DNA from: Camelus dromedarius
Lineage: Eukaryota
Direction of reading: 5' to 3'
NCBI RefSeq assembly: GCF_036321535.1
Contig: NC_087447.1
Coordinates: forward strand, 7,502,001 to 7,566,000
Length of the DNA stretch: 64,000 nt
In this document: one piece after another, positions 11,111 to 27,350 of the stretch
How positions within the stretch are numbered: position 1 is the first letter of the stretch
How the letters are laid out: each line of letters begins with the position of its first letter
The notes under the pieces: model-generated
The model's input: only the letters and a program-made list of their open reading frames with translations
Database searches by the model: none
What the model was told of the DNA's origin: nothing
Position numbers and translations under genes: made by a program

Positions 11111-13289
11111 TCAGAACCACTATGGTCAAGTTTATGCTGAAATGATGGGAACCAATATCTGGGAAGCTGGAGAGCTTTCTCTCTCCCTCCCTTCACTTTT
11201 TCACTCCCTCCCAAAACACGTTTGAGTATTTCCTCTGTTCCCCACCTTGAGCAGGGCACCTTACCTGTGTTAAGTATAAAAATATGATCCCCAGCTCAAG
11301 CAGGGAGAGTTGATGCAAATATTAATAGCAAAGCAGATTGATATACGTGTTTATTAATGCTAAGAATCTGTGCATTCACACAGATGTTACCCAAACTTCT
11401 CTAAAAGAGACACACACACACATACTTTCTACGCTGTCACTCCTTGATGCCTGGGTAGCCAAACCCCAACCAGGACCAGCGGGGTGTGTTCTCTTGGGGC
11501 CAGTAGCCTCCAGTGCTCTCAGGCACGGTGCCTGCATGGCTGCAGCCCCATCCTAATGTAGGCCAGAAATGGGGGACCCCTTCCACCCTCTCATTCTCTC
11601 AGAAGCTCAGGTTTGATTCTGCAAGAGATGAGAAAGATTCCCCCTGGAGAGATCTTCCCAGTTCCTTAGGTGTCCCAGTGCAGGGCATGTGTTCAAAGGA
11701 AAGGGGCATTGCTCTTCTCAACACTTCAAAGGAATTCTTGACCCAGAAAAGGCCCAGAAGCGCTGATGCTAAGTCAAATCCTTTGCCTCCTAGGTATAGT
11801 TGCTGCAGCCTTGGGCTGGTCAGGACATTTTATTTGTGGATATGTTAGGTGGATGTTTGGGGGTGGGGAGTTGGTTGATTGGTTTTAATGTTGGCCCTTT
11901 GGCCACCAACAGCCCAGGAATGTCATGTCACCGCTCTGCTAAGTGTAGCCCCAGGCCTCCAGAACTTGCTGGTCCAGGTTGCCATGGCCTGGCCTGCCCT
12001 TATCTATAGGCCTAAAACCTGACCTCTGCCCTGGAGGAGGTGTCACAGGCTAGAACTCTTGCCACATGATGGCCGATCTCGGGCCTTCCAGCACCTGAAG
12101 CAGCTTCACAGGACACCCCCACCCCAGCAAGCTGAGGCTTATGGACAGCAGCCAGGGTCACTGAGGCCAAAGGCCCACCTGCACCTGCACCTAACTCCCA
12201 TCATGCTGTCCAAAAGGACCACCCCAGCCCTGGAAGCCCCCTCATCATGCCCTAAAGGCCCAGCCAGTGGCAACAGGACCCTGGAGGGGACACTTCCTCT
12301 CCGAGGACTCACTGGACCTCAGCTAGCCCAGATGTGAGGCCAGGAGTGGAGGGAACAGGAGCTGAGTAGCAAGGATGGAACCTGGACTTGCGCTGATAGT
12401 GAGGAGCTGCTGGGTGGCACAAGGTCTGCAGGGAAGCAGAAGAAGGGTGCCAGCCCGTGGGGAGCCCATTTGACCCGCCATCTACACTGGCAGACACAAG
12501 GCTCTGAGAACCCAGCTGCGGACTCAGTCACTCCCTCTACCTGGGCTCTCAGGGGGCTCAAGACCACTCACTGGTGTGCACACAGGTGACTATGGGGGAA
12601 ACTCTACATATGCCTCAGTTTCCTCCTTTATATGACCAGAGGATTAAGAGGGATAATGTCTGGGAAAGTAAGGACCTTCCTGCCTTCAAGTCCAGGAGAG
12701 TGCTGGGACCCAGAGGCAGGTTACAAGGGCTTGGGAAACCCCCTTCCCTGCCCCAGCCCATGACCCCTCCAAGGAAGCTGACCCCTCTGCTCAGAGCCCA
12801 ACCACATGGACACCACCCCAACCACCCAGCCCCTTAGCCCTCCAGCCAAGTGGCCCCCTGCACTCACCCTTCCTTCCAGCACCCAACAGTTCCCTCGTCA
12901 CAGCCTCCACCTCCTGGCCATCACTCACCTGGTCATCAGTCCTTTCCTGCGCTGCCCACCTGGCCTCTCCCCTGCCTCCCACCCACCCCACTTCAACTCT
13001 ACCTCTGCACAGGAGCCCAGGTGGGAATCTGACCTGTCACTTCCCTGCAGAAATTCTTTACTGGCCTAAGGCACTGGCAGGGTGAAAGGTAAGCAGCTTA
13101 GGTCTTAAAAGGCCCTTGCCCTCCTGGCAAACTCTCAGCAGCTCTACTTCCTGCAGCAACTTGGGCTGTTCCACCCTCCATATCGTTCCCTCTGCCAGAG
13201 CACCAGTCCCACTATCTCAAGGGCCATGTCCTCCAAGAGGCCCCTCCTTGACTTTCTCTGGAAGCCCTGAATGAGTGCAGCCTGCCCTA

Positions 13290-13331
13290 GCCAGCTCTGA
13301 ACCTGCCCGAGCCAGCTCTGAACCTGCCCGA
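13290..13331 (+). repeat. Perfect 21-bp tandem duplication
   Basis: gccagctctgaacctgcccga twice (13290-13310, 13311-13331). Confidence 0.95.
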
Positions 13332-14344
13332 GCCCCAGCAGATGGCCAGGCAGGGCAGGGAGGGCCCCTCAGGGCCTGGTGCTGACAGAGCACACAGCAG
13401 GCAGCTATGTGTGAGTAAAGCTCCCAGGGGCCAACTGATTGGCTCAAATCCGAACTCTTAAGTGGCTGAATGAGCCAGGCCTACTTACTTACCCTCTCTG
13501 GGGTCTAACAGGGCAGTACAGTTCACACCCCACAGGATGGTGCCAAGGATTTTTACTATACCTCAAGCATCTGCCTCCCTTAGACTGTGAGCGCCTAAAC
13601 ACAGCAGGGGTCTAATAATCACCACCTGCTGCTGCTGAAACACATGGCTTCCCAGGGACAAGAGGCAGAGGGCAAGGGCAGGGCCCGCAGGCAGCAATGA
13701 TCCTCAGCCCAACCCCTGCTGGCCCCCCTGACCCTCCGCACCCCACAGTTCACCGACTGCTGCTCAGGCCTCATGAGCATCATCTCCCCCACAGCTCACC
13801 TAGACTCCTCTCCCGGGGAACCACCTCCCTGGACTGAACCAGCACTGCCTCCACCAATGAAGTCCTTTCTGCCAGTCAGATGGTCCCAAGGCACCAGGGG
13901 CCCTTCTTGGGATGTGGGTGCTCCCAGAAGGGGTTCAGCAGAGTTTTAAAGAATGATGAGGCTTGGGTTTGGTCCATGTTGGGGGCGATGACTGGAGCCC
14001 AAATGCCTACCCTGAGGTCTGTGGTCAAAATGAGATCAGCCATCACTCAGACATCACATGCAAAGGTCATGGGGGTGAACCAAGTTCAGGGCTGCCTAGG
14101 GCCTTTCCAGACATGCTCCCTCTGCACGACTGCTCCTCCCTTACTCTTCAGACCACTGGCCTTTTCTCAGCTTGCAGTCTGATGCTTCATAAGAGGCCTT
14201 CTCTGACTCCTAAGTTAAATCAGGGTCCCCTGTTAGTCTCCCCATCTGCCCCTGCCCACTACCCTCACAGCCTGTCTGTCATGAGAAATGGCCCTGGACA
14301 AAGCAGCAATTCAAAATCAAAGAGACAGACATAAACCAGAAGTG

Positions 14345-14350
14345 TTTATT
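14345..14350 (-). terminator. PRDX5 polyadenylation signal AATAAA
   Basis: tttatt on the + strand about 120 nt past the PRDX5 stop. Confidence 0.8.
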
Positions 14351-14470
14351 GCAGAAATCTGGCCGAGGTTCCAACTGGGTGGCCACAGTTGAGGCTGGGT
14401 TAGGGCCCCCTGCCCAGGGGTGGGTAGGTGAAATAGGGAATGTGGAAGGAGCACTTCTGGGCCTGAGGCC

Positions 14471-17191
14471 TCAGAGCTGTGAGATGATGTTGGGGGCCAG
14501 GCTGCAGGTGAGGCCTGTGCCATCGGGCTCCACATTCAAGGACTTCACTATGCCATCCTCTATCACCATGGAGAACCTGCCAGAAAGAAGGGCCAGGCCA
14601 GTTGCAACAGCCTGGGCCTAGAGGCTGGGAATGGAAACAGGCTGGGTCGGGGGAACCCCACGGGGACTCTCCTACTTTTACCTCTTGAGCCGTCGATTCC
14701 CAAAGAGGGACACCAATGAATCATCTAGTAACAAATCTGTCTCCTGAAAGGAGAGGCAGAGGACAGGGTCAGGAACCCCCAGAATACGCCAAGACCCCTG
14801 GCTGCTGCCCACATTGGCCATGTCCCTCCAAGTCCCTACTTCCAGGGCCCAACACAAGAACCACCCTGCAGGTGGAGGATGGGGGGTGCACTCACCTTCC
14901 CAAAGGCCCCAGTGGGGTCAGCCAGGAGCTGAACCTAAGGAGAAAGTAAAAGTCACATGAAAAATCTCCTGCTTGGCCCCTGATCCCCTGCAGGACCCAC
15001 ACCTCACCTTGCCTTCCGTGTTGTGGGCTCGTCCCCATTCTTTGGTCACGAAAACATCATTAACACTCAAACATGCCACCACCTGGATGCCCTTGGCCTT
15101 CAGAGCTCCGGCCTGCTCCACAAACCCTGGCAGGTGGGTCTGGGGAGGGGGAAATAGGGTCAACAAAGGGATAAATGCCTCTGCTCCTCAGCCTACCCTT
15201 CATCCCCAGGCCCTCCTCACCTCTCTTACTACAACAGTTTTGATCAGACAATAACTGTGTAAGCTACAGTTCCTTTTTGCCTTGGCCACTAGGAAGCTTG
15301 GATCTAAATTTAACTGTTCCTTGGCCAAGACCATGAACTTCCCATGGGGCAGGACTATGTCCCATTTACCCGAGTTCCAAGTCCCTTCCAGTGCCTGTCA
15401 CCCAGCAGGATCAATGAGAGTGATGGATTTCATTGCATCAACCTTTTGTCTTACATACCTGGTACCTGTTCACAGCCTTATTTTTTTTTAAATAGATATG
15501 CTCTTTTAACTGTCACATCATCTACATTGTACCTTGGTATAAGCTGCCCCAGGACAACGTAGAGGGCTAACAAATGACACAAACATGTACACAAAGTCCC
15601 AAATGCTGAGCCCCAGAGGGGCGGGCCTCACCTTGGAACAGCCAGGGGTAAAGGCCCCAGGGACTCCAAACAGCACCCCCTTCTTGCCCTTGAATAGCTC
15701 TGCCAGGTTCACCTTGTTCCCAGGCTCCCCCTCAAACACCACCACCGATGGGATGGCATCTCCCACCTAGAAGGAATGACGCCAAGGTAAGGAGTGGGGC
15801 AGGAGGCCAAGAGAAGAGCAGCATGGGCGGGTGGGCAGGGGGTGGCGATGGTGGAAGCCCAGAGGACCTGGTAGTTCTGCTTGGTCGGGTGGAGCCAAGA
15901 AAGTCCAACCCTGTCAGAGCTTCCAGAGCTCCCTACCCCACAATCACCTGGTTACCCAACATTCTCCAGGTTTGGAGGTGGCCCCATTCCTCTTAAGAGC
16001 CAGTTATTGAAAACAGAAAAAGGGAGAGAAGGCCTCCCCGGGTGTCGCAAGGGGTTGAGTAAACAAGCTGAGTTACAGGAAAGGAGTGGGGAAAATGAAC
16101 AGGAGGAGGCCCTGACAACACCGAGGGAGGGGACCCTGGCCTCAGCTGAGAGTCCCGCCCTCAGGAAGAGAAAAAGGGAGGGTGGCAGAAGGTGGGAAAG
16201 TTGAGGAGGGAGGTGCAGGTTGCTACATCCAGAAGGTAAAGAATAAAAGAAGGAATCTCTTGAAGGGGAAGGGACCAGTCTACCTGGGAGTGCGTGAGGC
16301 TTCATGGGGCCAGAGGAGGTGGACAAGAGAGGAAAGTCAGGGGCGAGGGGAGAGTCTCTGAGAAACCCAGCAGTTGGTTGTAGGATGAAGCAGAAGGAGG
16401 AGAGGGTCTCAGAAGAGTGTGGCACAGCGAGGGAAGGAGCTGGGGATGTTTCCGTAAGATGAGAGGGGTGAAAGACTCAGAAGGGTGGGAATTAGCCATG
16501 GGTGGACTGCAATGGGGGAGACAAAACAGGGCTCTAAGAGACAACAGCTGTTTCAGAATATGGGGTGAGAGTGATGCCCAATAACACGACAAAAGCGAGC
16601 GGGACGGTACGGAGGAGGGCACTATAGGGACTGAAAAGGGCAAAGGAGGTGGTTCCATAAGGCGAAGGAAGCCTTGGTACTCAATCGCCTGAAAATGGTG
16701 GAGACCCATCACACGGTGTCCCAGAGTGGATGCCGTCTACGAGTGGAAGGCCCGAGAGCCTTGCGGGCTGTTCCAGGAGATGCGGCACGGGGCCCCTAAA
16801 ATTGGCGACAACGTTGTAACCACGGGGTCTGGTGGAGGGGATGAAGGAGACAGACGGCGAGGGGAGCCTCTAGGGCGGCGGGGAAGGGTCAGGAGGGCAA
16901 GAAAGAGGATGACTCTCGCCCAGACAAGCGGGATGGAGGACGCTAGGGAAACAGTCCGGAGGAGGTGGGGGGAAGGTGGGAGGTATCAGGCCTGGCCGAG
17001 TCAGCGGTCACCTTGATCGGGGCCATGGCTGCAGCAGCGCTTCTGAAACCGCGGACCCCACGAAACGCCCACTCTAGGCCCCCTTCCAGGCACCTTCTGG
17101 CTCCCGCCGCTGCCGCACACTCAACGGCAGTCGCCCGGGAGACCACCGGACGCGTTCTACTTCCCAGAATGCAAAACCACGCCAGCGACAT
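14471..17191 (-). CDS. PRDX5: Peroxiredoxin-5 (217-aa mitochondrial precursor; second ATG at 17026 gives the cytosolic/peroxisomal form)
   Basis: Exons 17012-17191, 15632-15766, 15008-15139, 14896-14934, 14682-14743, 14471-14576 (654 nt). Peroxidatic motif GAFTPGCSK, catalytic Arg in KRFSM, resolving Cys in LTCSL and C-terminal PTS1 SQL are all intact. Confidence 0.97.
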
Positions 17192-17909
17192 GCCAGACCC
17201 TGAAGCCACAATTGCCCCGCCCCCTCCCGGCCCCGCCCCGCCCCAGCTCTCACTTCCGCCTCCCGGCTGAGGCTGAAGGCGGGGCCTGACGTGAGGCTTT
17301 ATGACCAAACCCTGCAGAAAGCGAAGCCTCGGCCGCCCAGGCCTCCTGCCGTCACTGGGCAGACGTGGGCGGCGCGCGCAGAGGCGGAGCTTCCAACACG
17401 CTCGGCTTATTTGCGTTTGAGGCTGGATCACTGGTGCGCTCGCGAATAGGCGGAGCTTGTTTGCGTGCACCAGTAGGATGCCGCCGTTTTGCTGGGCATA
17501 GTTTATGGGTTGGGGCAGCATTTCTGTTCTTAACCGAAAACGAGGGGCGGGAGACAATGTCAGTCACCTGTGTGGGAGTAAAATATTTATTTTGCATTTA
17601 AGGAAGGTCCCTGCGTTGCAGATGTTTTACATATAATTTTTACTGTACATGATTTGTAGCAGCTGCAGGTTTGTCTCAGCCAAAACCACTGAGCCTGCGT
17701 CCTAGCAATTTCCTGCCAAGATGCTTCCGGGAGCAGCGCGTGATCCTATCAGACCTCTGCTACGGAGAGCACGAGAAGTTCCAGCAAGTTCGCCGTTTCC
17801 GCCCCTCCCAGCTATCCAATAGGATAGAGAGTGGAGCAGCCCCGGAAGTAACTCCAGCGGGGTCCGCCTTCTTTCCGGTTCCGGCTTGGCGAGAGCGCGT
17901 TGTGGCGAC
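17192..17909. promoter_or_regulatory. Bidirectional CpG-island promoter PRDX5/TRMT112
   Basis: Divergent ATGs 719 bp apart; CpG-rich; TGACGT (CRE/ATF core) near 17288, GC boxes, CCGGAAGT at 17842-17849, TTCCGGTTCCGG near 17874. Confidence 0.8.
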
Positions 17910-18595
17910 ATGAAGCTGCTCACCCATAACTTGCTGAGCTCGCATGTGCGGGGGGTGGGGCCCCGTGGCTTCCCCCTGCGCCTCCAGGTACCGGCCGGGG
18001 CGATCTCGCGTCCCTCTCCGTGGCGGGCCGGAGAACTAGGATCCGGTCCCTGCCTAACTCAGTCTCTCCGCCCCGCAGGCCACCGAGGTCCGCATCAACC
18101 CTGTGGAGTTCAACCCCGACTTCGTAGCGCGTATGATACCCAAAGTGGAATGGGCGGCGCTTCTGGAGGCAGCCGACACCGTAAGGACCCTCCCTGCCTC
18201 CTGTGCACACCCTAGCGGGGACCGTGGTCTCACCGCGACCCCTTACACCAGGCCAGGGAGCCTGGCCTTAGGGCGAGGGTCGGGCATGCCCAGAGATGAT
18301 ATAACTTCTTGCCCACAGTTGCATCTGATCGAGGTGCCCAAAGAGCCTATTGAGGGATATGAGCATGACGAGGAATTTCTGAGGAAGATGCACCACGTAC
18401 TGCTGGAGGTAAGAATCCTCTCCACTTGCTTCCCAGCCCTCCACCTGGAAGCTGCCATTGCTCAGCTGTGTTCCCCTTTTCTCGCAGGTGGAGGTATTGG
18501 AGGGCACGCTGCAGTGCCCAGAGTCTGGACGTCTGTTCCCCATCAGCCGGGGGATCCCCAATATGCTGCTGAGTGATGAAGAAACGGAGACTTAA
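17910..18595 (+). CDS. TRMT112: tRNA methyltransferase activator subunit 11-2 (125 aa)
   Basis: Exons 17910-17987 ([26 protein letters not shown]), 18079-18180, 18319-18408, 18488-18595 ([35 protein letters not shown]); all phase 0, GT-AG. Confidence 0.97.
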
Positions 18596-18726
18596 AACCG
18601 TGCCAGGCACCAGTTTTTCCGTTGTGACTGTGTGTATCTTTGTTTACGTATATCCTGTTGGCTAGTTCCGTTCTGTGTATCTCCGATCGTTGGCCCAGTG
18701 ACACACCGAACACATAGTGTTCTTGA

Positions 18727-18933
18727 NNNNNNNNNNNNNNNNNNNNNNNNNNNNNNNNNNNNNNNNNNNNNNNNNNNNNNNNNNNNNNNNNNNNNNNNNN
18801 NNNNNNNNNNNNNNNNNNNNNNNNNNNNNNNNNNNNNNNNNNNNNNNNNNNNNNNNNNNNNNNNNNNNNNNNNNNNNNNNNNNNNNNNNNNNNNNNNNNN
18901 NNNNNNNNNNNNNNNNNNNNNNNNNNNNNNNNN
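18727..18933. other. Assembly gap (207 N) over the TRMT112/ESRRA 3' ends
   Basis: Run of N. Confidence 0.99.
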
Positions 18934-19498
18934 CTGAGGAGGCTGGGTGGGAGCTGATGGGGGAGTCCTGGCCACCCCAGGGGTCCAGGGGCTGGAGCCT
19001 GCTTGGAGTTATTGCTTCAAGGGGGGGGCAGTAATGCCCAATGCAAATGATGAGGAGAGGAGCGAAGGGAGCAGGGGCCTTTGCTCTCCAAATCCCTCTG
19101 TTCTAGAGAGGAAGTCGGATTAAGCAGCAGCAAAAGCATCACCCACTGGGAGACTGGCCTCCACTCCCTTCCCTCCCTGAGATCAGGCTTCTGCCCCCCC
19201 TCCCCCACATCCCCTGCAGCCCCCTATGGCTTCCGCAAGGCCCCCGACATTCTGAGGGCACGTTATGGCTTGCGAGGGGCAGCACTGTGCCCAGAGCCTG
19301 GACACGCACATTCCCAGCTTCTAACACCCCCTAGAATGGGGGAGGGGAGGGCATAGGGCCTGCTCCCAGGGGCTGATGGTGTTGCCCTGGCCCTGCCAGC
19401 AGGCTGTGGCACTGCCCAGACCCCAGCTCTGCCCACTTGGGGCTGACTCCATGCTGGGCGGGTCCTGCCAGCACCCCCACCCGTGCCCACCCCTTGCC

Positions 19499-24814
<5,316 letters not shown>

Positions 24815-26375
24815 GGCGCTGGTCACCTGCGGGAAGAGACCCGTCAGGTCACAGGGAGGCGCTGGGATGGGGGATGGAGACACCCTGTCACCCTGGTTGC
24901 CCAACCCCGGGCCTGGGGCCAGGCTTCCAGGCTCAGTACGGGGGAGGAAGGGGGGACAGAGTCCAAGGAAGGCTGCCCATGAAGAGGGCCCCCCAGCTGT
25001 TGCCATGGGAACAGAGGCTCCTGTGCCTCCAGGGCCAGTAACTGACAGGAATCCCACTCAAGAGGTTGCCAGAGACTTGGAAACCCCCTATACCCACTCA
25101 GGCCAGGGAATAGGGTTAACTTAGCCCCCAAGCACACTTCAACCCGAGCCAGACCCCAGCCAGGAGTGGGATACCGCTCAATTTTCTCCAGATGTCGGGG
25201 ATCTCAGTGATCTCCACACCCAAGTAACCTCAAGATCGCAAACTGAGGTACACAAATCCAAGCACAGTTGATGTGCTCACACATGTTGTGTTTACACACT
25301 CCCACTCACCTGGGTTCCCGACTATCTTCACCTGCACGCACAAGCTCACACACACTCACACATGATCACTCTACTGGGCAGGTTCATGCTGACACATGGC
25401 CTTTCCCAAACCATGAGCTCTCACTCACGCTCCCATGTGCCTTCGCACACTCCTGAAAAGCATGCCGCATTCAAGGCTCATAATCACACTCTCGTTCACA
25501 AACACTCTTACACCCTCACCTTGTCCCCACACTCACACACACAGGCATAGACCCTAGTGGAAACACATTCAGACCTTTTCACACCTGACACATCTCCCCC
25601 TCCAGACCCAGGCAGCGGCGGGAGCGGCTCCACCTCCTTGCAACCGCCTCCCCCCACCCCCCAGCACATTCACTCTTACACTCCAGCTGCCGCAGTCCTC
25701 CACTACGGGGCGCCCCGCCCCCCCAACCTGCGCACACCTACGGGAAGTTGCCTAAAGTTGCTGCGCCGCCCCTCCCCCTCCACCCGCGAGGGCCCTCTAT
25801 CAGGTTATCAGGAAGTAATGGGGGAGCGCCAAGGAGGAAGTTCTCCCCTGCCAGTGCGATGACCTTTGACCCAGAGAGAAGGGTGGCCCAAGGCCCCTTC
25901 GAGCGCCCCCACGTGGTCTTCAAAGCCCCTTTCCAGGGCAGGGAACCCTTCCCATCTTCCACTCCGGCCCGCCCCTGGGACTTAGGCACGCTCCAGGTGC
26001 CCGACTGAACCCTGCCGTGGGACTGGATCCGAGGCCCAAGACCGACCCTGGCCAGGATCTGCAGCCCAAGCCAGAGCCGCCCCCGGTCCCAAACCGGCGC
26101 ATTAAGACCTAGGTCCAGATCCTTCCCGGACCCTGACCCCGTCTGGCTTTCGACTCGGTCCCGACCGTGACCCGGGCCGCTATGGAGAGGAACCTCGCTT
26201 GGAGCCCGCCCCCCGCCCGACTCCCTGCAGCGTTCGCACATGGCCACTGCGCCCCGCCCGCCCACCCCCCAGCGGCGCTCCCCTCCGCCCCCGGACCTGG
26301 GGCTCCGGCAGGGCGGGCGGGCAGGCATGGGGGCCGAGCGGCCAGGAGAGCCGGGGTGAGCTGGGGGCCGCGGGC

Positions 26376-26531
26376 NNNNNNNNNNNNNNNNNNNNNNNNN
26401 NNNNNNNNNNNNNNNNNNNNNNNNNNNNNNNNNNNNNNNNNNNNNNNNNNNNNNNNNNNNNNNNNNNNNNNNNNNNNNNNNNNNNNNNNNNNNNNNNNNN
26501 NNNNNNNNNNNNNNNNNNNNNNNNNNNNNNN
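26376..26531. other. Assembly gap (156 N), probably ESRRA non-coding exon 1
   Basis: Run of N inside a CpG island, directly downstream (sense) of a partial NRF1-like TGCATGCG and GC boxes. Confidence 0.75.
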
Positions 26532-27130
26532 CGCATGCAAAGCAGGAGGCGGGCACAGCGCCCTATGCTAATCAGGCAAGTGGGGCGGGCAGCGCCTGCG
26601 TGCCCGGACGTGTCGGGGCGGAGCCGGTGAAGCCAGTGGGCGGGCCTTCATGAAGGTCCCCGCCCCGCCGCCGCCGAGCCAGAGGCGCACAGGCGTACTC
26701 GGCCGCTGAAGGGGTGTGGCCAGGATAGACGCGGTGAAGCTGTGGGATGGGGGAGTCCAACAGCACTCTTACGTAAAGAAGGCGGGACGCGCTGTGTGCG
26801 AGAGGAACGGGAGAGGTCGCTCAGTGGCCACTGCTGCCGGGTAGGAAGACAGTATACATATGTAAATGAGGGCGGGGCGAGCGCGAAGGCTGGTGTGTCT
26901 GCATATGCATAAGGGGCGGAGTCTAGCACGCCCAAGCTGGAAGGGAGGTGCTGCTCCTCTCTCTTTTCCCCCTTTCCCCAGGATAATACCAGCTGGCACT
27001 TTGGACCGCATACCCAATATCCCCACAAAGCTGCTGAACTCGGGGTGGGAGAAGCAGACCTAAAACATTCAAGAAGTCCTGGATTTCCAGTCCCGGGAAG
27101 GCGGAGCCGATAGGGCCTGGACGGAGAACG

Positions 27131-27165
27131 CTCAAGGTCACTGCGGTGACCGAGTGAAGGTCACA
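27131..27165. promoter_or_regulatory. ESRRA autoregulatory multi-hormone response element (ERRE / ESRRA23-like)
   Basis: TCAAGGTCA (27132-27140) and TGAAGGTCA (27155-27163); the - strand reads GTGACCTTCACTCGGTCACCGCAGTGACCTTGAG, matching the recalled human ESRRA promoter element. Confidence 0.85.
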
Positions 27166-27239
27166 GGGAAGGGCGGGGCCACGTGCGTCCGCCTCACGCG
27201 GGCAGCCACGCATTGACTCACGGACCACGTACAGACTCT

Positions 27240-27245
27240 TTTATT
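27240..27245 (-). terminator. CATSPERZ polyadenylation signal AATAAA
   Basis: tttatt on + about 105 nt past the stop. Confidence 0.8.
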
Positions 27246-27350
27246 CCTCTTGGGCTCAAACTCCACATGGATAGGGTCGGGCTGCGGTCTGGGGAGGGGA
27301 CAGGGACCAGGGCTGGAGTCTGCCGGTCACTTGAGCCCGAGGTGGTGCTC

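Noticed and set aside
14929-14931. PRDX5 VQLLAD versus recalled human VRLLAD
   Set aside because: Not the catalytic arginine (that is in KRFSM, intact); no reason to infer loss of function.
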